A stretch of 63,729 nt of DNA, filler included, from Platydemus manokwari (lineage: Eukaryota), in NCBI GenBank assembly GCA_037951405.1. It is 6 parts of 6 records of this genome, joined end to end, with 100 filler letters (N's around TTAATTAATTAA, not from the genome) between each part and the next. Parts side by side here need not be neighbours in the genome. Positions count along the whole stretch, not along the records: positions 8,989 to 18,325 come from JBBMOY011262541.1; positions 18,426 to 29,948 come from JBBMOY010628880.1; 4 more parts are not named here. One strand, written 5' to 3'. The notes under the pieces are model-generated. The model did not search any database. It saw only the letters and a program-made list of their open reading frames with translations, and was not told where the DNA came from. A program made the translations under genes and the position numbers. This document shows, one piece after another, positions 13,420-25,330 of the stretch. The stretch's first letter is position 1; every line of letters starts with the position of its first letter.

Positions 13420-14100
13420 GGCATCAGAAATGTAAACTTTTTGGTGATTCTATTTAGTTTACTTAACTAATCACTCAAAATGATCCTTCTTTTCCCGACA
13501 GTAATTAGCAGCGAGTTCCAGAGGATCTTGACTGCCCTAATAACTTCTATCCGAAACAAGCTTTATAAATTAACCAAGCTCACTATAATTTTCCAACTGA
13601 TACACATGAATTACGAATCTAATGCATTTATCATATGTATGATGAATAAATTATAAGTCGATCTTTAAATTGAAATCTAAATGAGGTCATTATATAAATG
13701 TTTGAAGGGAAATTACGATTAGCAAAGGTAATGTTAATGCTTCTTTCTTTGTTCTTCCAAAAACTGTTGATTTGGTGAAACCTGTTGATTGTTCTTTGCT
13801 TGTAGAAAATATCTTTCGTAATTGTTTCACACGTCAACCCAGAATTAAGAACCAATTTTTGAACTCGAGTATCTTTTGTTCCAAATAATTTATCTTCATT
13901 TTGTTGAACTCTCGCTAATTCAACAATTAAGTCTGTAATCGCTGTTTTAATTGTAAATATGTTCATGAACCATTCTCTTCCATACAGTTTTTTAGCTGCG
14001 TCATGCTAGAAATTCTTACATGAAATCCCAGCGTACTCATATAATAATATGTCAACAAAGATAAGGATAATATCCAGTTTCCTGTAACCTTAATCCATAG
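13420..14100 (-). pseudogene. Decayed Ginger/KRBA2/SCAND3-like integrase
   Basis: Fragments FPFKHLYNDLI and IEVIRAVKILWNSLLITVGKRRIILSD*LSKLNR resemble PF..VQIDLID and VI.EL..LWP.LKIVHGKPRH.QSQG.VER.N, with many stops. Confidence 0.4.
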
Positions 14101-17100
14101 TCCAGTTTTATTTTGGTCTTGCTAGTAGTTTTTTCAAACATTAAAGTTCAGTGTCTCCTGTGTGTTGTTAGGAAACTACTTTATTAAAATTGTGTGGCTT
14201 TTGCTAACAGCATTAATTTTCACATCGCGGACACCAGTAACAATGTTAGTGAAAGTTTATTCAAAAAGAGTGACTTATAAAATAGGTATTTCATGTCATC
14301 CACATAACTTTTGTGCATTAGCCACAGTCATGTTTCAATTCTCTTAACTTCGCTTCTTAATGATTTATCTCAATTAGTAAGAATACCCTATACTTTATAA
14401 TCGAAAGAAATGTCTGAAAAAAAGTCAAATTAACAAATATTTATGACCAATTAAAATAAGTACAGAAATATAAATAAATATAAATACATAAAAAAATAAT
14501 CAATACAAATTATGATAAATAAAAATGTTTTTATCCCAAATAACTATCAAAACTGTAATTAATATACAAAGAAATTCAGATATTTACGGAATCTTCATCT
14601 ATCTCTTTTGTTCATCGTAGAACACCTAGGACTGACCAAATAAAGCAGAAATCCATTTAGTTAGACTGATAAACTAATTCCTTTTTTATTATTTTCCCAA
14701 TCTTCAATCAAAGGAAATCTGGTATGCTTAATGCTGATTTTCCAGATACATAAAAGAAACTATGATTAATCAATAGTAACTATCAATTAGCGTTCAGACA
14801 GAAGTGTTTGTAAATTACAGTAACAGTAGCTGAAATATAGGATGTTAAGAGAAAAATTAAGCTGACAAGTTTGTTAGCATGGTTACGATGAAGTATAAAG
14901 TTTACATCAATTTAGCAGATTTTTCCATTTTCGTTTTAGTATGGTCCAATAATTTTTAATTCATTAGTTTTTAAACTCAACCTACGAACAATGCGTACGT
15001 TTCGATTCAATATTGATCCGTGAGAAAAATAGATTTTGTCAGACAGGAATTACAAGAAGAAAGGCAGCAAGGAGTATCCCTAATTAGGGGAGATGAACCA
15101 TGGTAATCCCCTAATAATAGTAGCTTCCAAATTATTGAACTCTTTAATTTGTTGAATGAGTGCTTGTCTTATAAGAGGATGATTAGAATTTTTCGTTCTT
15201 AAGATTAATTTTGTAAATCCTAACATTATCTTTATTTTAATGCGAAGAGTTCAAATATTCATGCCAAATTTTAACCAAAAACAAACTATATCATTTGTCG
15301 AATAATAATTAGGTATTTCCATTACTAGAGAATAGTCATCTTACAAACTTAATTGAAAAAATTATTTTCCCACTCACAATTGAATTTTTTAAAATAGATA
15401 ATAAATAATTCACCAATAAATATGTCGTATTATTTTCAGATTTACAAATTAGTTAGCATCAGTTTCACTACCGACCCACAGGGTAAAATTACACCCAATC
15501 AACTTCTTCGAATTTAAATTATCTACGAATAATTAAGTCTTAAATTTAAATAACCAAATGCCAAATAAATGGATAGAAACAACGTAAATTAAAAAAATAC
15601 ATCTGAATTTCCTTTCAAAAAAGTAAATCAAATATAATTAGATTGTTTTTGTTTAAATTTTTTTATTAAAATTGGTATTTGAACTGTAAATTTCCAAGAA
15701 GAAAGAAACTGTGATTTAAACCATCATTAAAATTGGTTTTATTAATCTGAAATGATAAAAAATCTCTTGGATCATAAAAAATCGATTTTGAGCTGTTTTC
15801 CAATTGTCATTATAAAATTAAAAACTTGGTTAAGATAATGAGATTATTTTAACTAATTTCAAATTTAAGAACTAATATTATAATTTTAAATATTAAAAAC
15901 TATATTAAATTAGTATTCTTTATCAAGCTCCGTTGTTAGAATATGTAAATTTAAATGTTTCTTGGCGATATTTTGAATTTTAATGACTTTAATGGAAAAT
16001 GAATTTAAATGAAATTGGCATGGTTTACTAAATTTATCGTTTAGAAAGAAATTTAATGTTAAACTTATAAAGATCATTTATGGCGGATATTTAAATTAAA
16101 ATATATTTGTAATTACTTCGACGTGACAATCAAATTGATAACCTTGAAGTTATGTGAGGAAACAGAATTAAAATTACTCATAAAGCAGTTTATATCAATG
16201 TCATAACCAATTATTCTATTTTCTAATTTGAGTAACTCGATGTCACTTTTTTGTATGTTACCCATTATCATGTGCAATAAGAAGATGCTTTTAAATTAAA
16301 AGAACATTATTAATTGTTTTATTATAATTTTTATTATATTTGCGTTATATGAAAGTATAAGTTATATTGAACACAAATAAAACTTGAATTTCTTATCTTC
16401 CACCCAGAGATTTGTTTGTCTACAAATAAAACAGATTTGTTTTTATTAATTTTTCTTATTTATCGAAAAATTTTGATGTTTCTGCAATCAACCAAAGCTC
16501 AACTGTTATGTTTAATCTAACTGCTTAGTTCGAGAACCGCTTATATGTATAATTACTTTTAATTCAAAAAGATTCTGAACATTTTCTAGGCAATTAATTT
16601 TACTACTAAATGTTTAACGAAGCAGCAAGACGGTGACTAGGAATTGTTTAGAAATACAGATATTAAAATCTTTTTATTGTTACGGATTTAGGTTATTGGG
16701 ATATCTACACAACTTTTGAAGTCTATTTCAAGGTTGTGATACTTGCCCTTCCGATCAAATTTGATTAGCCCATTATATTTACAAATAATAAAAACCAGAA
16801 ATAAAAATCTTGCTCATGGGTGCTATCAAAGTTTGAATAATTAAATAGTTTAGTTGTTGCAGCCGACATATTATTCCGGTCTCTGGTCACTCGCTTAATT
16901 TCAAGTCCTCATTATTATTGTATGTATCAGCGTTTTTCTATCTTCAGAGATTGATTATTGTTCAATGTTTAATTACTCTTGTTTAATTAATCTTGTCTTT
17001 GTTCTCTGATGCATTTGGTTTTTCAGTCGTCCACTGTTTAATTATTAAGTTCTCGGACATCTTCATTATTATTCGTGAACTCATTGTTATCTCAAATGAG

Positions 17101-18325
17101 ATTGCAACTCAGACTGGCAGTTATCATATGCATGAAACGGACCAGCAGTTTATTGTATCCAAGCCATAATAATAAAACGTATTTATAGAACCAAGATTAT
17201 GGATCAGTCTACAACAATCATAATCTTTTAAATTTCCGACTAAATCATCATTTTAATATCAGTAGCTCATTTGGAGTGGTCAAGTTATTGATTACAATAA
17301 ACCAAAGAATTATATCACATATATTTTTTAGACTTATCAATAATGATCTTCTTTTCACGTTACCACTTAATTAAATTTACACAGTATTCTGTAATAGAAT
17401 AACACATTCTATCACATAATATAATAATATATAAAAGATAACACTAGTTTTTTAAATGTATTAATTGATGTTTAAAAACTTCTTAATGAGCACATAGCAT
17501 ATTTCTGTTAACAAACTGTGGTTTGATTGTGTTTCCTCTGATATTTTGTTTTGTTTATTCATGTGTGTGGTTTATGGAATAAACGTTTTAATAATATTTT
17601 TCACATTTTTTACTCTTCATTTTACTCAGGATCTTTTGGAGTGAACCAATAATATATTTTACCATTAGACATTCATTTTATTCAACCTTATGCAACAACA
17701 GTTCCAACACAATGTTTTTTGGATAACAGAATTTGATATTTGTATAAAATCGAGCTTCTTTTTAATTCGAATCTCTTTCTTTTAATACGAATCATTCTAC
17801 AAATTAAGTTTTGAAATCTCCTCGAAATCACTAATTCTTATGGATTTTTTCTCCAATTCTCCATTATTTATTAAAACCAACTTTTTACTATGGGTTTTGA
17901 ATTAAAAGTTTCTTCTTTTCTGTGATATAAATATGGATTTAATTCGTTATCGTTCTTATTTTAAATAAAAATATTTTATGATAAAATAATAATTCATCAA
18001 GTTCAATTCAGTATTTATATATTGGATCTGGTTTCTAAACATCGATTAAAAATAAAATTGCATCCTGCAAATTTAATTAAAAGTGTGACTGGACGTATTT
18101 TCCAACGACAATTTATCAATATAAAATATCATTATTATTAAATTCATTTATTTTGTTCTAGCTTTACTAAAATTCCACTATAATAACAACAACAATCCAT
18201 AATATTAATTGTGAGATATTTGATATTAAATGAATTTCAATTTTATTTGAAACAATTTTAATTTACATTTATTCAAATTTTAATCAGATTTAATTTAATT
18301 TTATAAAAAATTAAATTAAGGTAAA

Positions 18326-18425
18326 NNNNNNNNNNNNNNNNNNNNNNNNNNNNNNNNNNNNNNNNNNNNTTAATTAATTAANNNNNNNNNNNNNNNNNNN
18401 NNNNNNNNNNNNNNNNNNNNNNNNN
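18326..18425. other. Artificial assembly spacer
   Basis: 44N + TTAATTAATTAA + 44N. Confidence 0.97.
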
Positions 18426-19637
18426 ATTTTTTTCTATTTCTTCATAAATGAAACATTGTCGACGAACAAGAAAAATTAATTAATTAAGGTTAATTCATAA
18501 ATACTTAACACGCTAAACGCTTTCTCACTTAATTTTGGTTTTTCTTATCATTTTCATTTCCATTCACTCATTCATTGAATATAAGAAAACAAACTCAAAT
18601 CTTTCTATATATTTTATATTGTAAGACTACTACTACCATACTAATGTCCAGTAATATTATTTACCAAAACCATTTATTAATGACAGCATTATATAAACAA
18701 ATTTATCAAAAATTTATAAATAAACACGAGTGCACTCGAAACGAGAATGAACTGAATAATTTGTTGTCGATTTTTATTAAATGAATTTCTACCTTATCGT
18801 GGAAATTAATAAAAACAAACCCGAGCAGTTTAAAATTTATAATTATCGAAACATTTTATAAATCATTTTGATAGAAACAACTATATTGAAGATGAGAAAT
18901 CAAATAAGCTATTAAAGAAAATTTGATGTTTATCTACTTTATTTCCAAACATTCATTGATTTTTAAATTGATTATTTATATTTTAGATATTCATGAACAA
19001 CATTCGTTAGATTTATTCGTTTAATGTTAAACTATATCGAAAATTATAATCAGTATGATATTAGGCTATCAAAATTGATTTTCACAGTTGTAAATTTTTC
19101 AATTGTGAATTAATCTGTCTAGAATGTTTAATTATTCAACAAAATACAGCGTCAAAATGAATACGGGAGCAATTTAGACGAGTAGAGAAACCTCGGGTGA
19201 AAATAAATATTGGATTCAATGAAATAATAAAAAAAATATTTTAAAATCAGATGATGATGAACTTTTTAAACAATTATATCATAAAAATAATATTAATATA
19301 CAATATTTTATATAACGATAGTTTACAGACCAAGGGCCAAAGTGATAAAATTTAATCATCGATATTTCCTTTTAATTTCAATTTTCTTGAAACCTACAAC
19401 CAAATTTGATACCAATAAATTATAAACTCAATAAATACCAATTAACAATTTCTTAGTCGCCGACTACAATTAAAATGTCGTAATGAATGTATATTAGCTA
19501 AAATTTCACAGTGTAAATAATTTATTACTGCCAATTAGTTATAATATTAAACGTGAACATTTATATTACCGTGTCTAATATCTTCGATAGACAATACCTA
19601 TGATTTAAGGTAACTTTTAAAAAAGCATTATCCTTAC

Positions 19638-20151
19638 TGTGAGGATTTAAAAATCTAAATTTGAAGTATTATCAATTAATTTCAGAAGATATTAATTTGT
19701 TTAAATTATTGCTTTTAAATAAATAATTTGGTTTTGTGACTTCTCTGAGTTACTTTTCAATTCGTGTTTTTAAAATAGTAGCGCCTTACATGGCTATCAT
19801 GTATTTGTATTCGATTCTGAAAAGGTCTATGAAATGGAAGTATATGAAAGAAGGAAGACATGTAAAAGATGACTAAACAAAATTTAGAAAATAAAGAATA
19901 TTCTATGAGCATTTTAAAAAAAGAAAGAAGAAATAAAGTTTTCATTCAGGTAAATAAGTGGAGAATTGAATACGGAAATAATTAGGAATCCATAAAAGAT
20001 CAAGAAATGGAGATGTGAGGATTTAAAATTTTATGAATGAATGTCAAAAGATATTGTTTTGTTTAAATTATTGTTTTAAATAAATAATTTGATTTCGTTA
20101 CCTCCCAGTAACTTTTCAATGCATGTTTTTTAAAATAGTAGCATCATAACT
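19638..20151 (+). mobile_element. Full-length TRIM-like miniature LTR retrotransposon (copy A)
   Basis: Direct repeats 19638-19790 (TGTGAGGATTTAA...tagtagcgccttACA) and 20014-20151. TGG-initiated PBS-like site at 19791, PPT aagaaatggaga at 20002-20013, 223-bp non-coding core, flanks cttac/gttac. Confidence 0.8.
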
Positions 20152-21873
20152 GTTACTAAAAGGATTTTCTTTAATAATTTCCAATTTAGTAGCCTAATAT
20201 ATAAATATGATATAAGTAATTACTTATGATACGAGTTACTTATAATGATCTAATGCTTGTCCGTTTTTTTTATCAATTCTTCGTATTTAATGTTTTAAAT
20301 ACAAGGCAGATATGAATCATCTCAGAGAAAAAAAATTATTAGTTTAGAAGCTGCACTTTATCGATATTTATAATATCGTCAACAAATAAATCTAAAAATA
20401 GTAATTACGTCACAATAAATTCGAAAATGAGCAAATTGCGAATTATTAAATTTATTTTAGGACATAGCAAACCTCTTAAATCATATTTCTAGCACGACTC
20501 ACTTTACAAAGTTGCATCCAAGTAAACTTGATTTAAATAATGAATAAGTAAACAAAGGTGAAATCTTTGAACTCTTTTTGTGTAACTTTTTTACATGATC
20601 GATATTTCGGAAGAAATAGACTCACATAAAAAGACAAATTAATTCGACGATGGTCACAAATCATTCTTTACGTATTATATATAGATTTCAGGCATGTCTA
20701 TTATATAATCGTAATGGCATATTTCATCCATCGAATATAAAGGTCAAATTAATTCTTTACTGTCTATTATTTATCAGTAAATAATATGATTTGGAAATTC
20801 CTCTGAAATACGATTTGAATCACGTGACTGTGCTTCATTCAGTCAACCCTAAATTAATAATTATATAATATTTGTTACAATAATTATTTAAAACTATAAG
20901 CATTCAAACTTAACCATTTAATATTTATCATAACAATTTACCATTAAAATATGAAGTCCTGATCAATACATACACGATATGGATTTAAGAAATCAATAAT
21001 AACTATTATTAATACAATAATATATAAATTTTCTTGCTTTAACAAGTCTATTGAAAACATAAGCAAGTGTCACATGCGATCAATATTAGATAATCAATTT
21101 ATTGATATATCTCATTATTAGAATCGACACTTGATCAAAAATGCCAATTTCCATTGTTTTTACAAAAGATTATCAAAATAAAAAAATAAGACATTGACTT
21201 ATTAGAAAAGTAAAAAATAATGGTCTTAAAAATTTTATAATTATTTCAATAAAATTAGATGAAGTTTGGCCGGTAATGAAAATCAAAAAGACAAATCAAT
21301 AATGTTAATTATTATCGGTGATTGGAACAAATGTTATAAATTCGGTTAACTTCATTTATTTCATTAAATATTTCACTTGATATTCACATTCAAATATATA
21401 TGGAACGTGATCGATATTAACTCCAATCAATATATTTACCAGTGAGTCAATAATGTCAATAAAACTTATATTCTATTTGATTAAGAAAATTGATAAATTT
21501 CATTTTCTAAATATATATATATATATTTTTCAACTAGACTACAGCCACGTTCCGAAAACGAAATTTGAAGCATGATAAGCATATATAATCGAGCACAGAC
21601 TGACAGCCACTATGTGAAACACTAATAACTGAAATCAACCAATAGAATGCAACTATGAAGCACACATGCACAACAGGATCACATAATTGCTAGTCAATCG
21701 CTAAAATATTACCAGCACGATTCATTGGTCAAATTATAGCGTAAAGTAAAAAAAATAAGTGAAAAGCAAGCCAGAGTCCCAAATCCGCTAATAAATTGAG
21801 CACATGTATATATGATTATAAAATAGCACTTCAAAGAGTTTAAAACGAAAAACGGAACACATCAATCACAAAG

Positions 21874-23968
21874 TTAATATGAAAATCGTAATTTTGGACT
21901 ATAGCCAAGTTTATCCAAGTTAGGAATACAAGCAAAATTTATCATTGGAGGTGGGCCACACATGAATACCATGGTGTCATCGGAAGGAGCAAATAAATGC
22001 TCCTTAATCATGGTATCGGTGACGAAACCCTCACTATATTGCCAATCTGGAACGAAAATTACATTGGCAATGAAAATACCAAGCTAACTTTCAGTTGGTC
22101 GGTCAACTGTGTACCATAAATTGAGTTGACTTCGATTTTTATCACGATATTCCTCCAATTCATCGCGAAGTAGAATATCGTCCTCGGTCTAACACCATAG
22201 CAGTATTTTAAATAGCCTTTAAATTTTAGTTTTACCTGATTAGCAAATAAAAGGCTCAATTTTGTTTTATCATTGGGATCATTCAGTACAGCTCGAATCA
22301 GCTGGAGCATTGGTGTAATACCAGTACCACCAGCTATCATATTAACCTTCTTTACCTGATGTAAAACTGGTTGACTCTTTTTATCGGCCCTAATTGCAAA
22401 AACACCTACGATAAAATCATGGAAAAATGTCGAAATAATGTTAAGATAATGGCTACCTTTGCCATTGTAAACTAATAAACCTGAAGGACCTCTGACATCG
22501 ATGTAATCACCAATTTCCATATTTTCCAAATATTGACTCATTTTGCCACCATCTGGAAATTTAGGATGAACGTTTTTTCTGTAAACCTAATGAATGAACA
22601 TTATATCAAACAGCACATGAGTTATAAATCATTGGAAAAGTTATAAATCGCTGTCTGATAAATCTTGAAATGTAAGCCTATGCCTAGTTTTATGATTAAT
22701 TTTTCGAATTTTAAGACACCAAATATAATCGAGAAAACTATTAAATACGGTATAGCATTGAAACAAGAGTAAATCAATAAAATCTTCCAACAAATTAATT
22801 ATTGATCTTATCAAAATAATCCAAAGGTAATCCAAATATTAGACTAACAGTGATCAGTTCAATCAAAATTAATCCACTTAAACGTCTAATCATGTTCATA
22901 TCATTGACCATAGTGACATTTCAAGGCTTAAAATTAATTCTGTCAGCTGTTATAAATTTATAAAATTCAATTTATAATCAATAAATATATGTGCAAAAAT
23001 ATTTCAAAACTTGGTCATAAAATCGAACAAGATTTTCACCAAACCAAATAATCATTTTTATTCCATAATTTTTGTAAACAAATAATTCTAGAATAATAAT
23101 TTTTCTGAGAAATAAAATCTATAAATTCGACCACCACATTAATATTTGTTATCGATTAATCAATAATTCTAAAATTCTAAAGTATTCTTCACTTATCTCA
23201 TTAAAAATAAATATCAATATCTTTTGTGTTCGAAATATACACACGCACACTACTACATAGAAAAATTAACAATGTCAATATAGAACGGTCGGGGTAGAAA
23301 ATATAAGCACAAAATGAATCAATTAAAACAAAATGATTGAATTAAAAATCAAGCATTTTACATAGACAGCTTGAAAAATCAACAATTATAAAAAATCTAA
23401 CCTTGATAACTAAATCCATATAACCTTTGACATTATCGTTTGTTACAGGAGTGTATGGTCTAACTACTATTTGCCCATCAATTTTATAACTCAAGTAAAT
23501 ATGTTGTCCTGAATATTTGATCCCAATTAACTACGATTATATATATGAATAATTATATATAAACCAAAGATATATAATTCAATTTATTTTTAATTTTTTC
23601 ATATTTTAAATTAAATCAAAAATTGTTATAATAAAATCAGACATTACCGATTGGCAATCCTAGAAAATGATCTGGTGATGGTAACATAAATCGAAATTTG
23701 ATTGTGTCGTGACTTATTATCTTAAAAAAGATTAAATATTAATAGTTAAAATATCTATATACTTCTTTATCCACTAATTTAAGCGGGTATTTAACTGATG
23801 AATCAACTAATGTGACTTTTTTCTTTTTACTTGCAAAGATGTAGTAAAGAGCCGCAGTTGACACAGCAATGACTCCTAAACCTATACTTATAGGGATTGC
23901 CTATATAAAATATTTTAAAATAAGAATAATAATTTAAAATTCAATACCAATATTAATTTGCTAGACAT
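21874..23968 (-). CDS. CYB5R: NADH-cytochrome b5 reductase (CYB5R1/2/3 family), 8 exons, 303 aa
   Basis: Exons (minus): 23968-23948, 23900-23763, 23720-23648, 23508-23402, 22586-22457, 22405-22236, 22188-22089, 22046-21874. All introns are GT-AG and the join is open (912 nt). Motifs: N-terminal membrane anchor [37 protein letters not shown] (FAD), [27 protein letters not shown] (NADH), MCGPPPMI, ending LRFSY*. Confidence 0.96.
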
Positions 23969-24920
23969 TTTTATAAAACAGATTTTATTTTTTGGATTTA
24001 AATATGCAAATTTTAGAAATATACTTAAACAAGACAATTTTAAACTAAATTCAGTTGATTTTCGATTTTAATTTAAATTGTTTAAATAAAAATAATACTT
24101 TCAATAATGGAAAAAATTTAATTTGTAAATTAAAAATTCTACTAGTTTTATCACTATAATCGAGAAAATTGTTATTACAGATTTAAAATAGTATAAAAGT
24201 ATGAAACACGCGATCAATCAATAGATCTCTTAATATCTATTTATAACGAAATAAATAGCATCTTAACCATCTCTAATGCATAACAAATCGGGTCTCTTTA
24301 TGAAACAAATTAATAAAATGCTACAATACAAAACAATCACTAAAAAGCCTCTAGATATAACTAAGCTGAATCAATATAACTGTCCCATTATTTACAACTA
24401 TAAAACCATGCTTCAATTTCAATAAAATATGATTAAATGCTCAATAATAAACAACAGGGCTCATTCCGGATAAAAGATCAAACATTACAAAAATTGAAGA
24501 ATCGTTGAAAATTGATTAATTACTTTCAAATAATAATTTCCTAACAAAAGCTAAAATTTAACAAATGACAATTAGTAGTAAAAATTTACACCAAGATATC
24601 AGTAATACATCTCAATTTGCAATCACTTAAAATCGTGTTGAAACTTCGAATCAACAACATACCATGACGCATAAATCACAGAAAACAAGCAGGCAAAATT
24701 ATTATGGAATAATAATATGACTGTACATATAAATCTAAAATCTGAATTGTCATAGAAAATCGTACTGGCCGCCACCAAAACGCAGTAGAGTCGATTTATT
24801 CGCTTTTGAATTGGATATCTGTCTAAAATTATGAAGAGCAACAAACTAAATGGCATTATCAGTGGTATAGAAACATGGTATAAGAACATCAGCACCAAAC
24901 AAACTAAACTCGTACATTCA

Positions 24921-25330
24921 TCATCTTATTGAAAAATCTGTATAAAAATATAAAAAGAAGCTACAACTGATAGAAATAATAAGTCTTAGTTGATATCTAT
25001 TCAACTCAAATATTGAGACTGCGTAATTGTTACTAGTATTAGTATTATTGTTATAATTATGAAAATAATTAATATCGTTATTGCTGACAGAACTGTTGAT
25101 TGATCCAAAAAAAGAATGGATTAATTTCTTAATACATTTCTTTTGTTGACGAGCAGTACATGAATCCTCAGGTGATTTCGAAGACATATTTGAGGATATC
25201 TGGTCTATACTGTACATTTGAGTTTCATGTAGGAATAGCTCAGAATAACAACAATAAGTAAAAGGCATATCAGCTCCACATTTTGATTTCTCATTTAATC
25301 GATACCGAGCACTGTGATGATAATGACTTT
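24921..25330 (-). CDS. Probable terminal coding exon of an unidentified Cys-containing protein with a hydrophobic C-terminal tail
   Basis: Good acceptor ttattttattttcatcAG, then a 410-nt open phase-1 exon: (x)SHYHHSARYRLNEKSKCGADMPFTYCCYSELF...SCTARQQKKC...NNTNTSNN...RYQLRLIISISCSFFLYFYTDFSIR*. Upstream exons not located. Confidence 0.5.

Noticed and set aside
22059-22541. 160-aa ORF as a stand-alone gene
   Set aside because: It is CYB5R exons 5-6 read through introns, and its tail is out of frame.
24623-24898. 91-aa hydrophobic ORF
   Set aside because: No motif or splice signals, and it lies in the probable 3' UTR of the 24921-25330 exon. Hydrophobicity is expected from AT-rich codons.
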